Of a stretch of 64,000 bases of DNA, positions 28,351 to 37,720 are shown piece by piece. The notes under the pieces were generated by a model, which had not been told where the DNA came from, did not search any database, and saw only the letters and a program-made list of their open reading frames with translations. Position numbers and translations under genes: made by a program. Each line of letters starts with the position of its first letter. Position 1 is the stretch's first letter. The DNA comes from Ignavibacteriota bacterium (GTDB lineage: Bacteria > Bacteroidota > Ignavibacteria > UBA10030 > UBA6906): contig JACRFA010000097.1 of NCBI GenBank assembly GCA_016218065.1, positions 940-64,939 on the forward strand, read 5' to 3'.

Positions 28351-29361
28351 GTGAAAGTTGACAGGAACAAAGAGACACGGAAAAAATTCATAACGGTCGG
28401 TTTCCTCTTTGACGCTAATCGTGAGCGGTTCAAGCTGCAATCGCTCAACGGTGATCACGGATTCGAAAATCACATCAAAGACAAAAACATCCATCGTCCC
28501 GGCCTTGCACTCGCGGGCTACGTCGATCTGTTCACATACGACCGCGTGCAGATGATCGGGAACACGGAGATCAACTACCTGAAGTCGCTGGATCTCCAGC
28601 ACCGTAACACTGCGTTCAAGACTCTGCTCGAATTCAAGATCCCCTGCATGGTGCTCACGAATGGGAACGTGCTGGACCAGGAACTGCTCGACGCCGCAGC
28701 GGCCAAAGGGATTCCCATCTTCGGAACTCCCTTCGAGACGACGAAGTTTGGATACTTCATCGCGGATTTTTTGGATGATCAGTTTGCGCCGCAAGTGGTC
28801 ATACACGGTTCGTTCGTGGATGTGTACGGTGTTGGCGTGTTGCTCATCGGGCGGTCGGGGATTGGGAAGAGCGAGATCGCGCTCGATCTGGTCGAGCGTG
28901 GCCATCGGCTCGTGGCTGACGATGTCGTGAATGTGACGCGCAAGGGTGAAGGCATTCTGATGGGGTCCGGAACGGATTTGGTGAAGCATTTCATGGAGAT
29001 CCGCGGCCTCGGCCTGATTGATGTGCGGAGCATGTTTGGGATCCGTGCCATCCGCTTCCAAAAACGGGTCGAGCTTGTGGTGGAACTTGAGGAATGGAAA
29101 CCGACACAAGACTACACCAGAACCGGGCTGGACAACGAGATAAGTAGCATCCTCGACGTGGATATCCAACTTGTAAAACTTCCCATCTTCCCCGGAAAGA
29201 ATGTAACGGTCATTACGGAAGTTATTGCTCTCACCTACCTGTTGAAACACTACGGCTACGACGCAGCGAAAGAATTTGCCAAACGACTGGAGGGAACAAT
29301 TGCCGACAAAAAGAAGAAAGGTAATCGGGCCATCAACTACTTCGAACACGACTTCGAGTGA
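28351..29361 (+). CDS. hprK: HPr kinase/phosphorylase (GTG start)
   Basis: Walker A 'GVGVLLIGRSGIGKSEIALDLVERGHRLVADDVV' and 'MEIRGLGLIDVRSMFG' signature. Confidence 0.9.
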   Translation: MKVDRNKETRKKFITVGFLFDANRERFKLQSLNGDHGFENHIKDKNIHRPGLALAGYVDLFTYDRVQMIGNTEINYLKSLDLQHRNTAFKTLLEFKIPCMVLTNGNVLDQELLDAAAAKGIPIFGTPFETTKFGYFIADFLDDQFAPQVVIHGSFVDVYGVGVLLIGRSGIGKSEIALDLVERGHRLVADDVVNVTRKGEGILMGSGTDLVKHFMEIRGLGLIDVRSMFGIRAIRFQKRVELVVELEEWKPTQDYTRTGLDNEISSILDVDIQLVKLPIFPGKNVTVITEVIALTYLLKHYGYDAAKEFAKRLEGTIADKKKKGNRAINYFEHDFE

Positions 29362-29426
29362 CTGGACAAACCAACGTAGGGGAAAAACTCTAAATCGTTA
29401 AAAAACTCTAATACCGACAAAAAAAC

Positions 29427-29455
29427 CTTGACAAAGCAGGCTGTATTAAGTATCA
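29427..29455 (+). promoter_or_regulatory. Consensus sigma70-type promoter (TTGACA-17-TATCAT) in the hprK / M23 peptidase intergenic region
   Basis: TTGACA 29427-29432, 17-nt spacer, TATCAT 29450-29455. Confidence 0.4.
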
Positions 29456-29460
29456 TTGCA

Positions 29461-29509
29461 CAGTTCAAACGCAGTGCACGCCCCGCACAACTGATTTCAG
29501 TTCTTTTTT
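29461..29509 (+). terminator. Terminator-like hairpin plus U-tract immediately downstream of the predicted TSS (candidate small RNA or leader-attenuator)
   Basis: 'CAGTTcaaacgcaGTGCacgccccGCACAACTG' nested stems, followed by 'atttcagTTCTTTTTT'. Lies about 100 nt upstream of the M23 peptidase GTG start. Confidence 0.35.
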
Positions 29510-29605
29510 AGAAATCCAAAGACGAAGAATCCCACAATAGGCGCAAGTCGACTGGCATTACTTATGCTCACCTACTGACAGCGCCCGTTAACTAGTGAGG
29601 TATGC

Positions 29606-30556
29606 GTGTTTAAAAACATACGATTTTTCACCTTCTCCGATAAGACGCTCGACTACCAGGAAGTGAAGTACTTTTGGACAAAGTCTCTCGCCTCTGTTGC
29701 CCTGCTGAGTCTCCTTCTTTTCGGAACGTTTGTGGTCGTCAACCGGGTCCTCGGTGATCCGTTTGGCTTTGCACAAAAAACTGATCTCCTCGTCGAGAAC
29801 CGCGTCCTGAAACAACAGATAGCGGAATTTTCTTCCAAAGCATTGGCCGTTCAGAAAAACATTGATGAGCTTGCCGATCAGAACAACCAGCTTCGCATGA
29901 TGGTTGATCTACGAAAGATTGATGATGACACGAAGAAGGCCGGCGTTGGAGGATCGCTGCTCGCACCCGAGTTCTCGTTCCTCGGTCCTGAAGCGGATCA
30001 ACTCCTCACGAAGTCGCTTGGTATTCTCTCTCAATTGGAACGCGAGGTCGAGCTTCAAAAGAAAAGCTATCAGGAAATCACGAAGCGGTACGAGTATAAC
30101 AAAGAGTTCTTCCAGCATTTGCCTGCCATCAAGCCGTGTGAAGGCCCTTACTCGATCAACGGCTTTGGCATGCGGGTACATCCGGTTCTCGCTGTTTGGC
30201 GTATGCATGAAGGGCTGGATATCATGAACGATATGGGCGCGCCGGTTTATGCAGCCGCCGACGGTCAGGTTCATTTTGCCGGAAAAACCATGAGCGGCTA
30301 CGGAGTGCAGATTGAACTGGCGCATGGATACGGGTACACCACACTGTATGCGCACCTCTCCGCCGTGTTGGTGAGGGACGGTCAGAAGGTGAAGCGGGGG
30401 GAACTTATCGGTCGGGTAGGCCGTTCAGGCTTAGTAAGCGGACCGCATCTGCACTACGAAGTGCGGCTGAACGGACGCAAGCAGAATCCGGTCGACTACT
30501 TCTTTGATGACATCGACGCCGCGAAGTACCGCGCGCAGTTGGCGGCCGCGCGCTGA
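29606..30556 (+). CDS. M23 family metallopeptidase (LytM-type murein endopeptidase) with N-terminal anchor and coiled coil
   Basis: 'HEGLDI...GAPVYAAADGQVHFAG...GYGYTTLYAHLS...GRVGRSGLVSGPHLHYEVRLNG' carries the HxxxD and HxH motifs. GTG start with a GAGG RBS. Confidence 0.85.
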   Translation: MFKNIRFFTFSDKTLDYQEVKYFWTKSLASVALLSLLLFGTFVVVNRVLGDPFGFAQKTDLLVENRVLKQQIAEFSSKALAVQKNIDELADQNNQLRMMVDLRKIDDDTKKAGVGGSLLAPEFSFLGPEADQLLTKSLGILSQLEREVELQKKSYQEITKRYEYNKEFFQHLPAIKPCEGPYSINGFGMRVHPVLAVWRMHEGLDIMNDMGAPVYAAADGQVHFAGKTMSGYGVQIELAHGYGYTTLYAHLSAVLVRDGQKVKRGELIGRVGRSGLVSGPHLHYEVRLNGRKQNPVDYFFDDIDAAKYRAQLAAAR

Positions 30557-30620
30557 ACATGATTGCCCCTGAGCTGTTTGAATCGAAACGAAAGGATGTG
30601 GTAAGAAGTTGATCTGGACA

Positions 30621-30833
30621 ATGGAACTTGCGTCGCACCTTGATGACGCACCGTGGCCTGCTACGAAAGATGAGTTGATTGACTACGCCATGAGAACAGG
30701 AGCTCCTCAGGAAGTCGTGGAGAATCTTCAGGAGCTGGAAGATAGCGAAGAGCCATACGAAAGCATGGAGGAGATCTGGCCAGACTATCCAACCGATGAA
30801 GATTTCTTTTTCGAGGATGAAGGGGAGTATTGA
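30621..30833 (+). CDS. Small acidic DUF2795-like protein
   Basis: 'LASHLDDAPWPATKDELIDYAMRTGAPQEVVENLQELEDSEEP' matches the DUF2795 pattern ('...PA.K.EL...A...GAP.EV...L..LPD'). The ATG at 30621 is preferred over the TTG at 30609. Confidence 0.55.
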   Translation: MELASHLDDAPWPATKDELIDYAMRTGAPQEVVENLQELEDSEEPYESMEEIWPDYPTDEDFFFEDEGEY

Positions 30834-30942
30834 TCTCGGCGGGTGACCGCAGGGAAGTTCTTGAAGATTCTCTTCATTTTACCCATCGCCGTTCTGTCGG
30901 GATGGGTTTTTTGTTTATATTATCCTCGTTCCGATTTCAATA

Positions 30943-33039
30943 ATGCTATTGATGCATCGAAAACTTCCGACACTTCTCGTACTCTGGATTTTGTTTATCA
31001 CAGTAGGCCTCTCTCAGGGAAAACGCTACGAGATCTCTTCCATCAGCTTTGAAGGCAACGATACCTTCAGTGATAGTGAGTTGATGCAGCTTCTGCTGGT
31101 GCGCGAAACTCCGGGATTCATCAGCAAAACCCTGCACGGCATGTTCGAAGCGCTTGGCCGCCCGGAAGAGTTTCTCGATGTTCCGATACTCGCAGAGGAT
31201 GTCGGCAGGCTCCGACAACTATATCGTGATCATGGATTTCAAGATGTCGTCATCGATACTTCACTGGCTTTTCGCGAAACGAAGTCCAGGGTGGACATTA
31301 CGTTCAAGATCATGGAGGGATACCGGTCGAAGATCGACACGCTGATCTATCGCGGAATCGTTGATGTTCCGCCGCAAGTGATTGAGAATCTCTCCGGCAG
31401 CGCTTTCATCAAGCAGGGAGATTATTTCTCGAAGGTGTTGCTCGACGAAGAAGTCAAGCGCATCATGACGATGCTGACAAGCGAAGGCTATGCACGGCCG
31501 ACGTTCGTGCGGGATAGTTCGTGGGCGCGGTATCGCACCAGCACGCGCAACTACGAAGTCGTCTTGACATTTGAGTTGAACCAACGCTACCGGTTCGGAA
31601 AAATCGTTGTGCAGAATGAAGATTCGACGCGCACGGATATTCAACCGGAAGCAGTCGTGCGCCAGCTCGATTTCGAGGAAGGGAGTCTCTACGACACGCG
31701 CAGCATCACGACAAGCGAACGCAATCTGAACCGGCTCGGCATTTTCGATCTTGCGCGCATCAGCGTTTCTGTCCCGACCGATGACTTCAATTCCGTTCTC
31801 GTCGGCACGACAGTGCGCGTGCGTCCCAAAGACAAACATGAGTTTGCTCCCGAAATCACATTCAGCGATGAGAATACGAATTTCAATCTCGGACTCGGAC
31901 TCGGCTACTCGCACCGGAATTTCCTCGGAGGCTTGCGCACTGCTTCAACCAGAGTTCGTTTCCGGACAGCGACGCTGAAAGAGTTTCCCGATTTCTTCCA
32001 GTTGGAGACTGATGCTGTTGCCAATCTCGACCTGACGTTTGAGCTGATTCAGCCGTACGTGTTCAGCAACAAAATACGCGGCTCGTGGTCGTTGTCGTGG
32101 ATTCGAGATAAGCAGAAGATTTATCTTTCCACCATCCTTCAAAACAAGTTCAGTCTCGCATTTCGGTTTGCCGAGTTCACGACCGGCTACCTGGACTGGG
32201 CGCAGCAGCTCGTCAAGCTCCAGAAGCGTCCCAACTACACAATCAACATGTCCGACGTCAATGAACTTCGTCAGCTGCGCGACCTCGAACTTCAGGCGCG
32301 TGAAGAGCAATTCAACTCGATTGTCTCCTTCACGATTCAACGCGACATGACGAATGATATTTTCTCTCCGTCACGTGGTTTCATTCACGCGCTCACGCTG
32401 GAGGAATCCGGCGTGCTGCCGCTGGTGCTCGACAAGCTCGGGTGGGTTGACCGTCCGTTTACGCAATTCTACCGCGTGAACGTCATCGGCCGCTGGTATT
32501 ACGACCTGACGAGCACGGAGCGATTCTCTGTGTTCGCGATGAAACTGCGCGCCGGGCTGGAAGAAAAATACGGCGCGAGCCGCAGCGACACGAGTCGCGT
32601 TATTCCGCAGACGCATCGCTTTTATGCGGGCGGCAGCGGCAGCGTGCGCGGGTGGCGATTGCGCGAGCTGAGCGCGACCGGCGATCCGCAACTCGGCGGG
32701 AATCTGATTCTTGAAGGAGGGTTCGAACTGCGCATCAATGTGCTGCAAAAGTTGAAAGATGATTTTTGGGATAGGCTCTGGACTGTGTTGTTTCTGGATT
32801 TCGGCAACGTGTGGGCGAACGTGAGCGATGTGAATGCGCGCGGCATTGCGGCGGCTGCCGGATTTGGCATCCGCTACGACACGTTCTTCGGACCGTTCAG
32901 AATCGATTACGGCTTTCGTGTGTACGATCCCAGACCGCCTGCGAGCGAGCCGGGAAAACATTGGATCACGCAACGCAAGTTCTTCAGTGAAACGTTTGCT
33001 CAGGGTATAGTTCATTTCGGAATAGGTCATGCCTTCTAA
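30943..33039 (+). CDS. bamA: Outer-membrane protein assembly factor BamA (Omp85 family)
   Basis: Signal peptide, POTRA-like repeats, and C-terminal barrel ending 'GFGIRYDTFFGPFRIDYGFRVY...GIGHAF'. Confidence 0.85.
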   Translation: MLLMHRKLPTLLVLWILFITVGLSQGKRYEISSISFEGNDTFSDSELMQLLLVRETPGFISKTLHGMFEALGRPEEFLDVPILAEDVGRLRQLYRDHGFQDVVIDTSLAFRETKSRVDITFKIMEGYRSKIDTLIYRGIVDVPPQVIENLSGSAFIKQGDYFSKVLLDEEVKRIMTMLTSEGYARPTFVRDSSWARYRTSTRNYEVVLTFELNQRYRFGKIVVQNEDSTRTDIQPEAVVRQLDFEEGSLYDTRSITTSERNLNRLGIFDLARISVSVPTDDFNSVLVGTTVRVRPKDKHEFAPEITFSDENTNFNLGLGLGYSHRNFLGGLRTASTRVRFRTATLKEFPDFFQLETDAVANLDLTFELIQPYVFSNKIRGSWSLSWIRDKQKIYLSTILQNKFSLAFRFAEFTTGYLDWAQQLVKLQKRPNYTINMSDVNELRQLRDLELQAREEQFNSIVSFTIQRDMTNDIFSPSRGFIHALTLEESGVLPLVLDKLGWVDRPFTQFYRVNVIGRWYYDLTSTERFSVFAMKLRAGLEEKYGASRSDTSRVIPQTHRFYAGGSGSVRGWRLRELSATGDPQLGGNLILEGGFELRINVLQKLKDDFWDRLWTVLFLDFGNVWANVSDVNARGIAAAAGFGIRYDTFFGPFRIDYGFRVYDPRPPASEPGKHWITQRKFFSETFAQGIVHFGIGHAF

Positions 33040-34195
33040 GTCACCAACAATCTGGCCACGCGTCATCGGTCAGCATCGCGTCAAGAATATCTTGTTGAGC
33101 GCACTGCGTGTCGAGCGTCTGCCTCATGCGTACGTCTTCGTGGGAAACGAAGGCGTCGGCAAAGACGCGATGGCGCTCGAGCTAGCGCGTGTCATTCAGT
33201 GCGAGCGGAAACAGGATGAAGCCTGCGGCGCGTGCGCCTCGTGCCTGAAAATGGAAACGCTCCAGCATCCGGACGTCAAGTTCGTTGTCCCGCTCCCGGT
33301 CGGAAAGAATGAACAAAGCGATGATGGTCCGCTGGACAAAGTTCCGGCGAGCGAAGTGCAGGCGATTCAGGAGCAATACCGGCTGAAGGCGCACAACCCG
33401 TATCATCGCGTGAGTATTCCCCGTGCAAATATCATTAAGATCAACAGTATTCGCCAGGTGCGGCGGGAGTCGGCCATGCGGTCGCTGTACGGAGGGAAGA
33501 AAATTTTCATCGTCTCCAATGCTGAAGAGATGGGGGATGAAGCAGCGAACACGCTGCTGAAGACGCTGGAAGAGCCGCCGGGTGATACGCTTCTCATTCT
33601 CACAACATCACGACCCGAAATGCTGCTGCCGACGATTCTCTCCCGTTGCCAATTCGTTCGCCTCGATCCGCTGACGGAAGAAGACATCGCGGGCGCGCTC
33701 GTGGCGCGAGAAGGCGTTGAGCGCGCGCAAGCGACACTCGTCGCCCGGCTGGCAAGCGGAAGTTATGTGCATGCGCTTGAACTGCTGCAGGCGAACGTCG
33801 CAGAACTGCGTCAGGATGTTGTGCAGTTTATTCGCACAGCGCTCGCTTCGAATTTCCTGAATCTCTCGCAACACATCGACAAGCTCGCTGCGACAAAAGA
33901 TCGTGAGTTCATCGTGCGATTCCTGACGCTGATGCTTGTGTGGTTTCGTGATGCGTTCGTGCTTCTGCTGGGCGCCGACGTCATCAATCTCGATCAGCAG
34001 GAAGACCTGAAGAAGTTCACGGCGCGATTTCCTTCCGCTGACTTGAATGAAGTGATGGCGGCAGTCGATCATGCTATTTCGCTTATAGGTAAAAATGGGT
34101 ACATTCCCCTCACGCTTTTGCAACTGACTGTGAAAATGAGGCGTTCGATTCTTGAGTCAAGACAACTTTCGATTCCAACAGCAAGCAACGCATGA
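33029..34195 (+). CDS. holB: DNA polymerase III subunit delta-prime
   Basis: 'LPHAYVFVGNEGVGKDAMALELARVIQCE...EACGACASCLKMETLQHPDV' AAA+ delta-prime with a zinc module, plus an SRC-like 'TSRPEMLLPTILSRC' block. Confidence 0.8.
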   Translation: MPSKSPTIWPRVIGQHRVKNILLSALRVERLPHAYVFVGNEGVGKDAMALELARVIQCERKQDEACGACASCLKMETLQHPDVKFVVPLPVGKNEQSDDGPLDKVPASEVQAIQEQYRLKAHNPYHRVSIPRANIIKINSIRQVRRESAMRSLYGGKKIFIVSNAEEMGDEAANTLLKTLEEPPGDTLLILTTSRPEMLLPTILSRCQFVRLDPLTEEDIAGALVAREGVERAQATLVARLASGSYVHALELLQANVAELRQDVVQFIRTALASNFLNLSQHIDKLAATKDREFIVRFLTLMLVWFRDAFVLLLGADVINLDQQEDLKKFTARFPSADLNEVMAAVDHAISLIGKNGYIPLTLLQLTVKMRRSILESRQLSIPTASNA

Positions 34196-36267
34196 CTGAA
34201 GCAAAACGGATTCTTGTTACAGCCGCATTGCCGTACGCCAATGGCCCGATTCATCTCGGACATCTTGCTGGCGCGTATCTGCCGTCAGACATTTACGTTC
34301 GTTATCAGCGGCTGAAGGGGCGCGAAATCGTCTTCATTTGCGGTTCGGATGAGCATGGCGTTCCGATCACGCTTACGGCAGACAAGGAAAAGATCACGCC
34401 GCAAGCGGTGGTCGATCGTTACCACGAGATGAACAAGAAAGCGTTCGAGCAATTCGGGATGAGTTTTGACAGCTACTCCCGCACTTCACTTCCGTTGCAT
34501 CATCAGACTGCGTTGGAGTTCTTCCTTGATTTTCATCGGCGCGGAATTCTGCGCGAGAAGCAAGAGAAGCAGTTCTTCGATCCCAAAGCAAACATGTTTC
34601 TTCCCGATCGTTATGTTGAAGGAACGTGTCCGATATGCGGAAATACGGAAGCTCGCGGCGATCAATGCGAACGCTGCGGCTCGTATCTCAACCCGACCGA
34701 TTTGATCAATCCGAAAAGCAAAATCTCCGGCGAAGTCCCGGTGCTGCGCGAAACTTCGCATCTGTACTTTCCTCTTGGCGAGTTTCAGTCCCGGCTTGAA
34801 GCATACATGCAAGAACGCAGCGCTCGCGACGGATGGAAAGAGAATGTCCTGAAGTACTGCCAGTCGTGGTTCAACGATGGATTGCAGGACAGGGCAGTGA
34901 CGCGGGATTTGGATTGGGGTGTGAAGATTCCACTGAGCGGCTATGAAAGCAAGGTGCTGTACGTGTGGTTCGATGCAGTGCTCGGCTACATCTCATCGAC
35001 AAAGGAGTGGGCGCAGCGCAACGGCAACCCTGATGCGTGGAAAAAGTTCTGGCTTGATGACGGCACGAAATATCTTGCGTTCATCGGCAAGGACAATGTT
35101 GTGTTTCATTGCATTGTTTTTCCCGCGATGCTGATGGCATGGAACGACGCTCACGCTGCTGAGCGCTACGTGCTGCCCGAGAATGTGCCGGCAAATGAGT
35201 TTCTGAACTTCGAAGGGCAAAAGTTCTCGAAGAGCAGAGGCATTGGGATTGACGTGCAGGATTTTCTTGCGCGCTTCCCGGCCGATCCGCTGCGGTATTA
35301 TCTGGCCTCGTCCTTGCCCGAGTATCGCGACTCCGATTTCTACTGGAAGGATTTTCAGGCGAAGAACAACAATGAGCTTGCAGACATTCTCGGCAACTTC
35401 GTGAATCGTACGCTCGCGTTCGCGGGAAGAACATTCAGCGGCGCGACGCCAGGCCGCGGCGCTCTTTCGCCGCGCGACGCTGCGATGATCGAGGGAATGA
35501 AAGCCGTTCCCGGCGCCGCCGGTTTGTGTTTTGAACAGTATCGGTTCCGCGACGGCTTGCTTGAGATCATGAACCTTGCGCGCTCGGCAAACAAATACTT
35601 CAACGACAGCGAGCCGTGGAAGACTGCCAAGTCCGATCCGACACAATGCGGAACGACGATCAACATCAGCCTCCAGATTGCCCGTACACTCGCGATTCTG
35701 ATGTCGCCGATCATTCCTGCATCTGCGGAGAGGATCTGGAAGATGCTGAATCTCGACGGCAGCGTGACTGCGCAATCGTGGGACAAGGCGGCTGAGCTGG
35801 GAATTCCTGACGGGCGCCACCTGGGCACAGTGGAGATTCTGTTCACCAAAATTGATGATGACGTGATTGACAAGGCAATTAAGGATACGACCAACGCGCC
35901 AACAGTCCCGCAGACGCCCCCTAAACCCGTCGATGTGAAACCGGAAATCACGATCGACGATTTCAAGAAACTCGATCTGCGAGTGGCGAAGATTGTTCAA
36001 TGCGAGAATGTCCCCAAGTCGGAAAAACTGCTGAAGCTTCAGGTCGAAGTTGGGAATGAGAAGCGACAGATCGTCGCGGGCATCGCGAAGCATTACAAGC
36101 CGGAAGAACTCGTTGGCAAGAGTGTCGTTGTCGTGTACAATCTTGCGCCGGCAAAGCTGATGGGACAGGAATCGAAAGGCATGGTGTTGGCCGCGTCGGA
36201 TGATGAGGGAAAGTTGTTTGTCGTGACTCCGTCGGGCGAGCTTCCGAGCGGAAGTGTTGTCCGGTAG
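34192..36267 (+). CDS. metG: Methionine--tRNA ligase with C-terminal tRNA-binding (EMAP/Trbp111-like) domain
   Basis: 'ALPYANGPIHLGHLAG' HIGH motif, 'KFSKSRG' KMSKS motif, zinc knuckle 'CPICG...CERCG', and a C-terminal 'LDLRVAKIVQCENVPKSEKLLKLQVEVG' OB-fold. Confidence 0.95.
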   Translation: MTEAKRILVTAALPYANGPIHLGHLAGAYLPSDIYVRYQRLKGREIVFICGSDEHGVPITLTADKEKITPQAVVDRYHEMNKKAFEQFGMSFDSYSRTSLPLHHQTALEFFLDFHRRGILREKQEKQFFDPKANMFLPDRYVEGTCPICGNTEARGDQCERCGSYLNPTDLINPKSKISGEVPVLRETSHLYFPLGEFQSRLEAYMQERSARDGWKENVLKYCQSWFNDGLQDRAVTRDLDWGVKIPLSGYESKVLYVWFDAVLGYISSTKEWAQRNGNPDAWKKFWLDDGTKYLAFIGKDNVVFHCIVFPAMLMAWNDAHAAERYVLPENVPANEFLNFEGQKFSKSRGIGIDVQDFLARFPADPLRYYLASSLPEYRDSDFYWKDFQAKNNNELADILGNFVNRTLAFAGRTFSGATPGRGALSPRDAAMIEGMKAVPGAAGLCFEQYRFRDGLLEIMNLARSANKYFNDSEPWKTAKSDPTQCGTTINISLQIARTLAILMSPIIPASAERIWKMLNLDGSVTAQSWDKAAELGIPDGRHLGTVEILFTKIDDDVIDKAIKDTTNAPTVPQTPPKPVDVKPEITIDDFKKLDLRVAKIVQCENVPKSEKLLKLQVEVGNEKRQIVAGIAKHYKPEELVGKSVVVVYNLAPAKLMGQESKGMVLAASDDEGKLFVVTPSGELPSGSVVR

Positions 36268-36272
36268 GCGGC

Positions 36273-36500
36273 TTACATGCTGGAGTGGGTGAAGAAGATG
36301 GGGAGAAGAATGTACGCGGCGCTCATGCCCGCGACGATGAGACCAACCATCGCGCCCAGCGCCCAGAGAAACATTTTGAAATCTCCATCGCGTTCACCCG
36401 ATACGCGCAGCGCCTTGCGGAGACACAACGCGGCAGAGAGAAGTCCGATGAGTGCAATGGCGCTGAAAGCGATTGCGAGGGTGAAGTCGAGTTTGGCCAA
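36273..36500 (-). CDS. Possible small two-helix membrane protein (75 aa)
   Basis: 'MAKLDFTLAIAFSAIALIGLLSAALCLRK...FLWALGAMVGLIVAGMSAAYILLPIFF' has two hydrophobic helices. Convergent with metG. It competes with several overlapping ORFs, hence low confidence. Confidence 0.3.
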   Translation of the reverse strand: MAKLDFTLAIAFSAIALIGLLSAALCLRKALRVSGERDGDFKMFLWALGAMVGLIVAGMSAAYILLPIFFTHSSM

Positions 36501-36722
36501 CGTGCTGTCCTTTGGAATTTCTTCTGGAGGAATATACGCAAATATGGTAAAGCGTAATCCAAGCCTCGTCGCGCACTCACACGACCATCATCACGGGCTT
36601 GCACTGCGATCGACCTTCAGATCGGTCGCGACATCGCTGCTGTGCTGAACGAATCTTTTTCAAAAAGTGAAGAAAGGGTGAGGCGGGAGAATTCCGTAAC
36701 CACCACCTCTTGACACTTCGCT

Positions 36723-37103
36723 ATGGCAACAAGACAACTCGGCGTTCTTATTTCGGAGGATGAAGTCGATATCAACAATCTTCTCACGCTCATTCTCCAG
36801 TCGGAGGATTTTCTTGTGTTTCAGGCATTCGACGGCCAAACTGCGCTCGATCTCTTTTCCGTTCATCAGGATGAAGTTGATCTCGTTGTTACGGACCTCG
36901 GCTTGCCGCGACTTGGCGGCGTCGATCTGATCGCGAAAATCCGCGAGATGAAACCGTCCATCAGAATCATCGGCGCGAGCGGGTTCGGTCGCAACAACGT
37001 GCGCGAGGAAGTGAAGCGCGCCGGCGCTGATGAGTTTTTGGCGAAGCCCTACGTCACCTCCGACTTGGTGGCGTCGGTGAAGCGTCTGCTCGGAATATCC
37101 TAG
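36723..37103 (+). CDS. Single-domain response regulator (CheY-like receiver), orphan
   Basis: '[13 protein letters not shown]...[17 protein letters not shown]...RIIGASG...LAKPY' receiver fold. The acidic pocket reads E-D instead of D-D. Phospho-acceptor Asp in 'VVTD'. No histidine kinase nearby. Confidence 0.8.
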   Translation: MATRQLGVLISEDEVDINNLLTLILQSEDFLVFQAFDGQTALDLFSVHQDEVDLVVTDLGLPRLGGVDLIAKIREMKPSIRIIGASGFGRNNVREEVKRAGADEFLAKPYVTSDLVASVKRLLGIS

Positions 37104-37108
37104 AAAGT

Positions 37109-37522
37109 ATGAAAACCTACACCGACTACCTCTGGTTCAATACAAAGAAGCATCGCGAGTACATCAACCTCACTGATGCCGTTCAGGAGATCGTGTCGAA
37201 GAGCGGCGTTCACGAAGGAATGGTGCTCGTCTCGGCGATGCACATCACCGCCGGCGTGTATGTGAACGACGCGGAAGACGGACTCATTCAGGACATCGAC
37301 GAGTGGCTTGAGAAACTCGCTCCCTTCAATCCCAACTACCGCCATCACCGAACAGGCGAGACCAACGGCGACTCACATCTCAAGAGCCTCATCATCCATC
37401 ACGAAGTCATTATTCCGATCACAAAGGGGAAGCTCGACTTCGGTCCCTGGCAACAAGTCTATTACGCCGAGTTCGACGGGCAGCGCCGAAAGCGCGTGAT
37501 TGTGAAAGTGATGGGAGAGTAG
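37109..37522 (+). CDS. yjbQ: YjbQ/UPF0047 family protein (secondary thiamine-phosphate synthase)
   Basis: '[33 protein letters not shown]...[22 protein letters not shown]' follows the conserved YjbQ pattern. 137 aa. Confidence 0.85.
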   Translation: MKTYTDYLWFNTKKHREYINLTDAVQEIVSKSGVHEGMVLVSAMHITAGVYVNDAEDGLIQDIDEWLEKLAPFNPNYRHHRTGETNGDSHLKSLIIHHEVIIPITKGKLDFGPWQQVYYAEFDGQRRKRVIVKVMGE

Positions 37523-37720
37523 TTGATCGTTTGCTGAACTCTGCCGAGCAAGGAGGCCTGCCTGACGCCTGGCTGACGGCAGTTAGGGCAGGCGCGGCGC
37601 CTCTGCGATCCCGACTATGCCGGGACAGAATGACAAGGCTTATTGCTATTGCCCCGATGCTTCCGTAGATTTTTACACACACCATCGCGATCAACCAAAT
37701 TATTATTTTAAGGTGATTTC

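Noticed and set aside
30843-31052. 69-aa ORF overlapping the bamA start region
   Set aside because: It is out of frame with bamA. A strongly supported BamA signal peptide starts at 30943.
36277-36648. Several overlapping 60-120-aa ORFs on both strands in the metG to response-regulator gap
   Set aside because: They are mutually exclusive low-complexity translations. Only the minus-strand two-helix membrane ORF (36273..36500) looks protein-like, and it is retained at low confidence.
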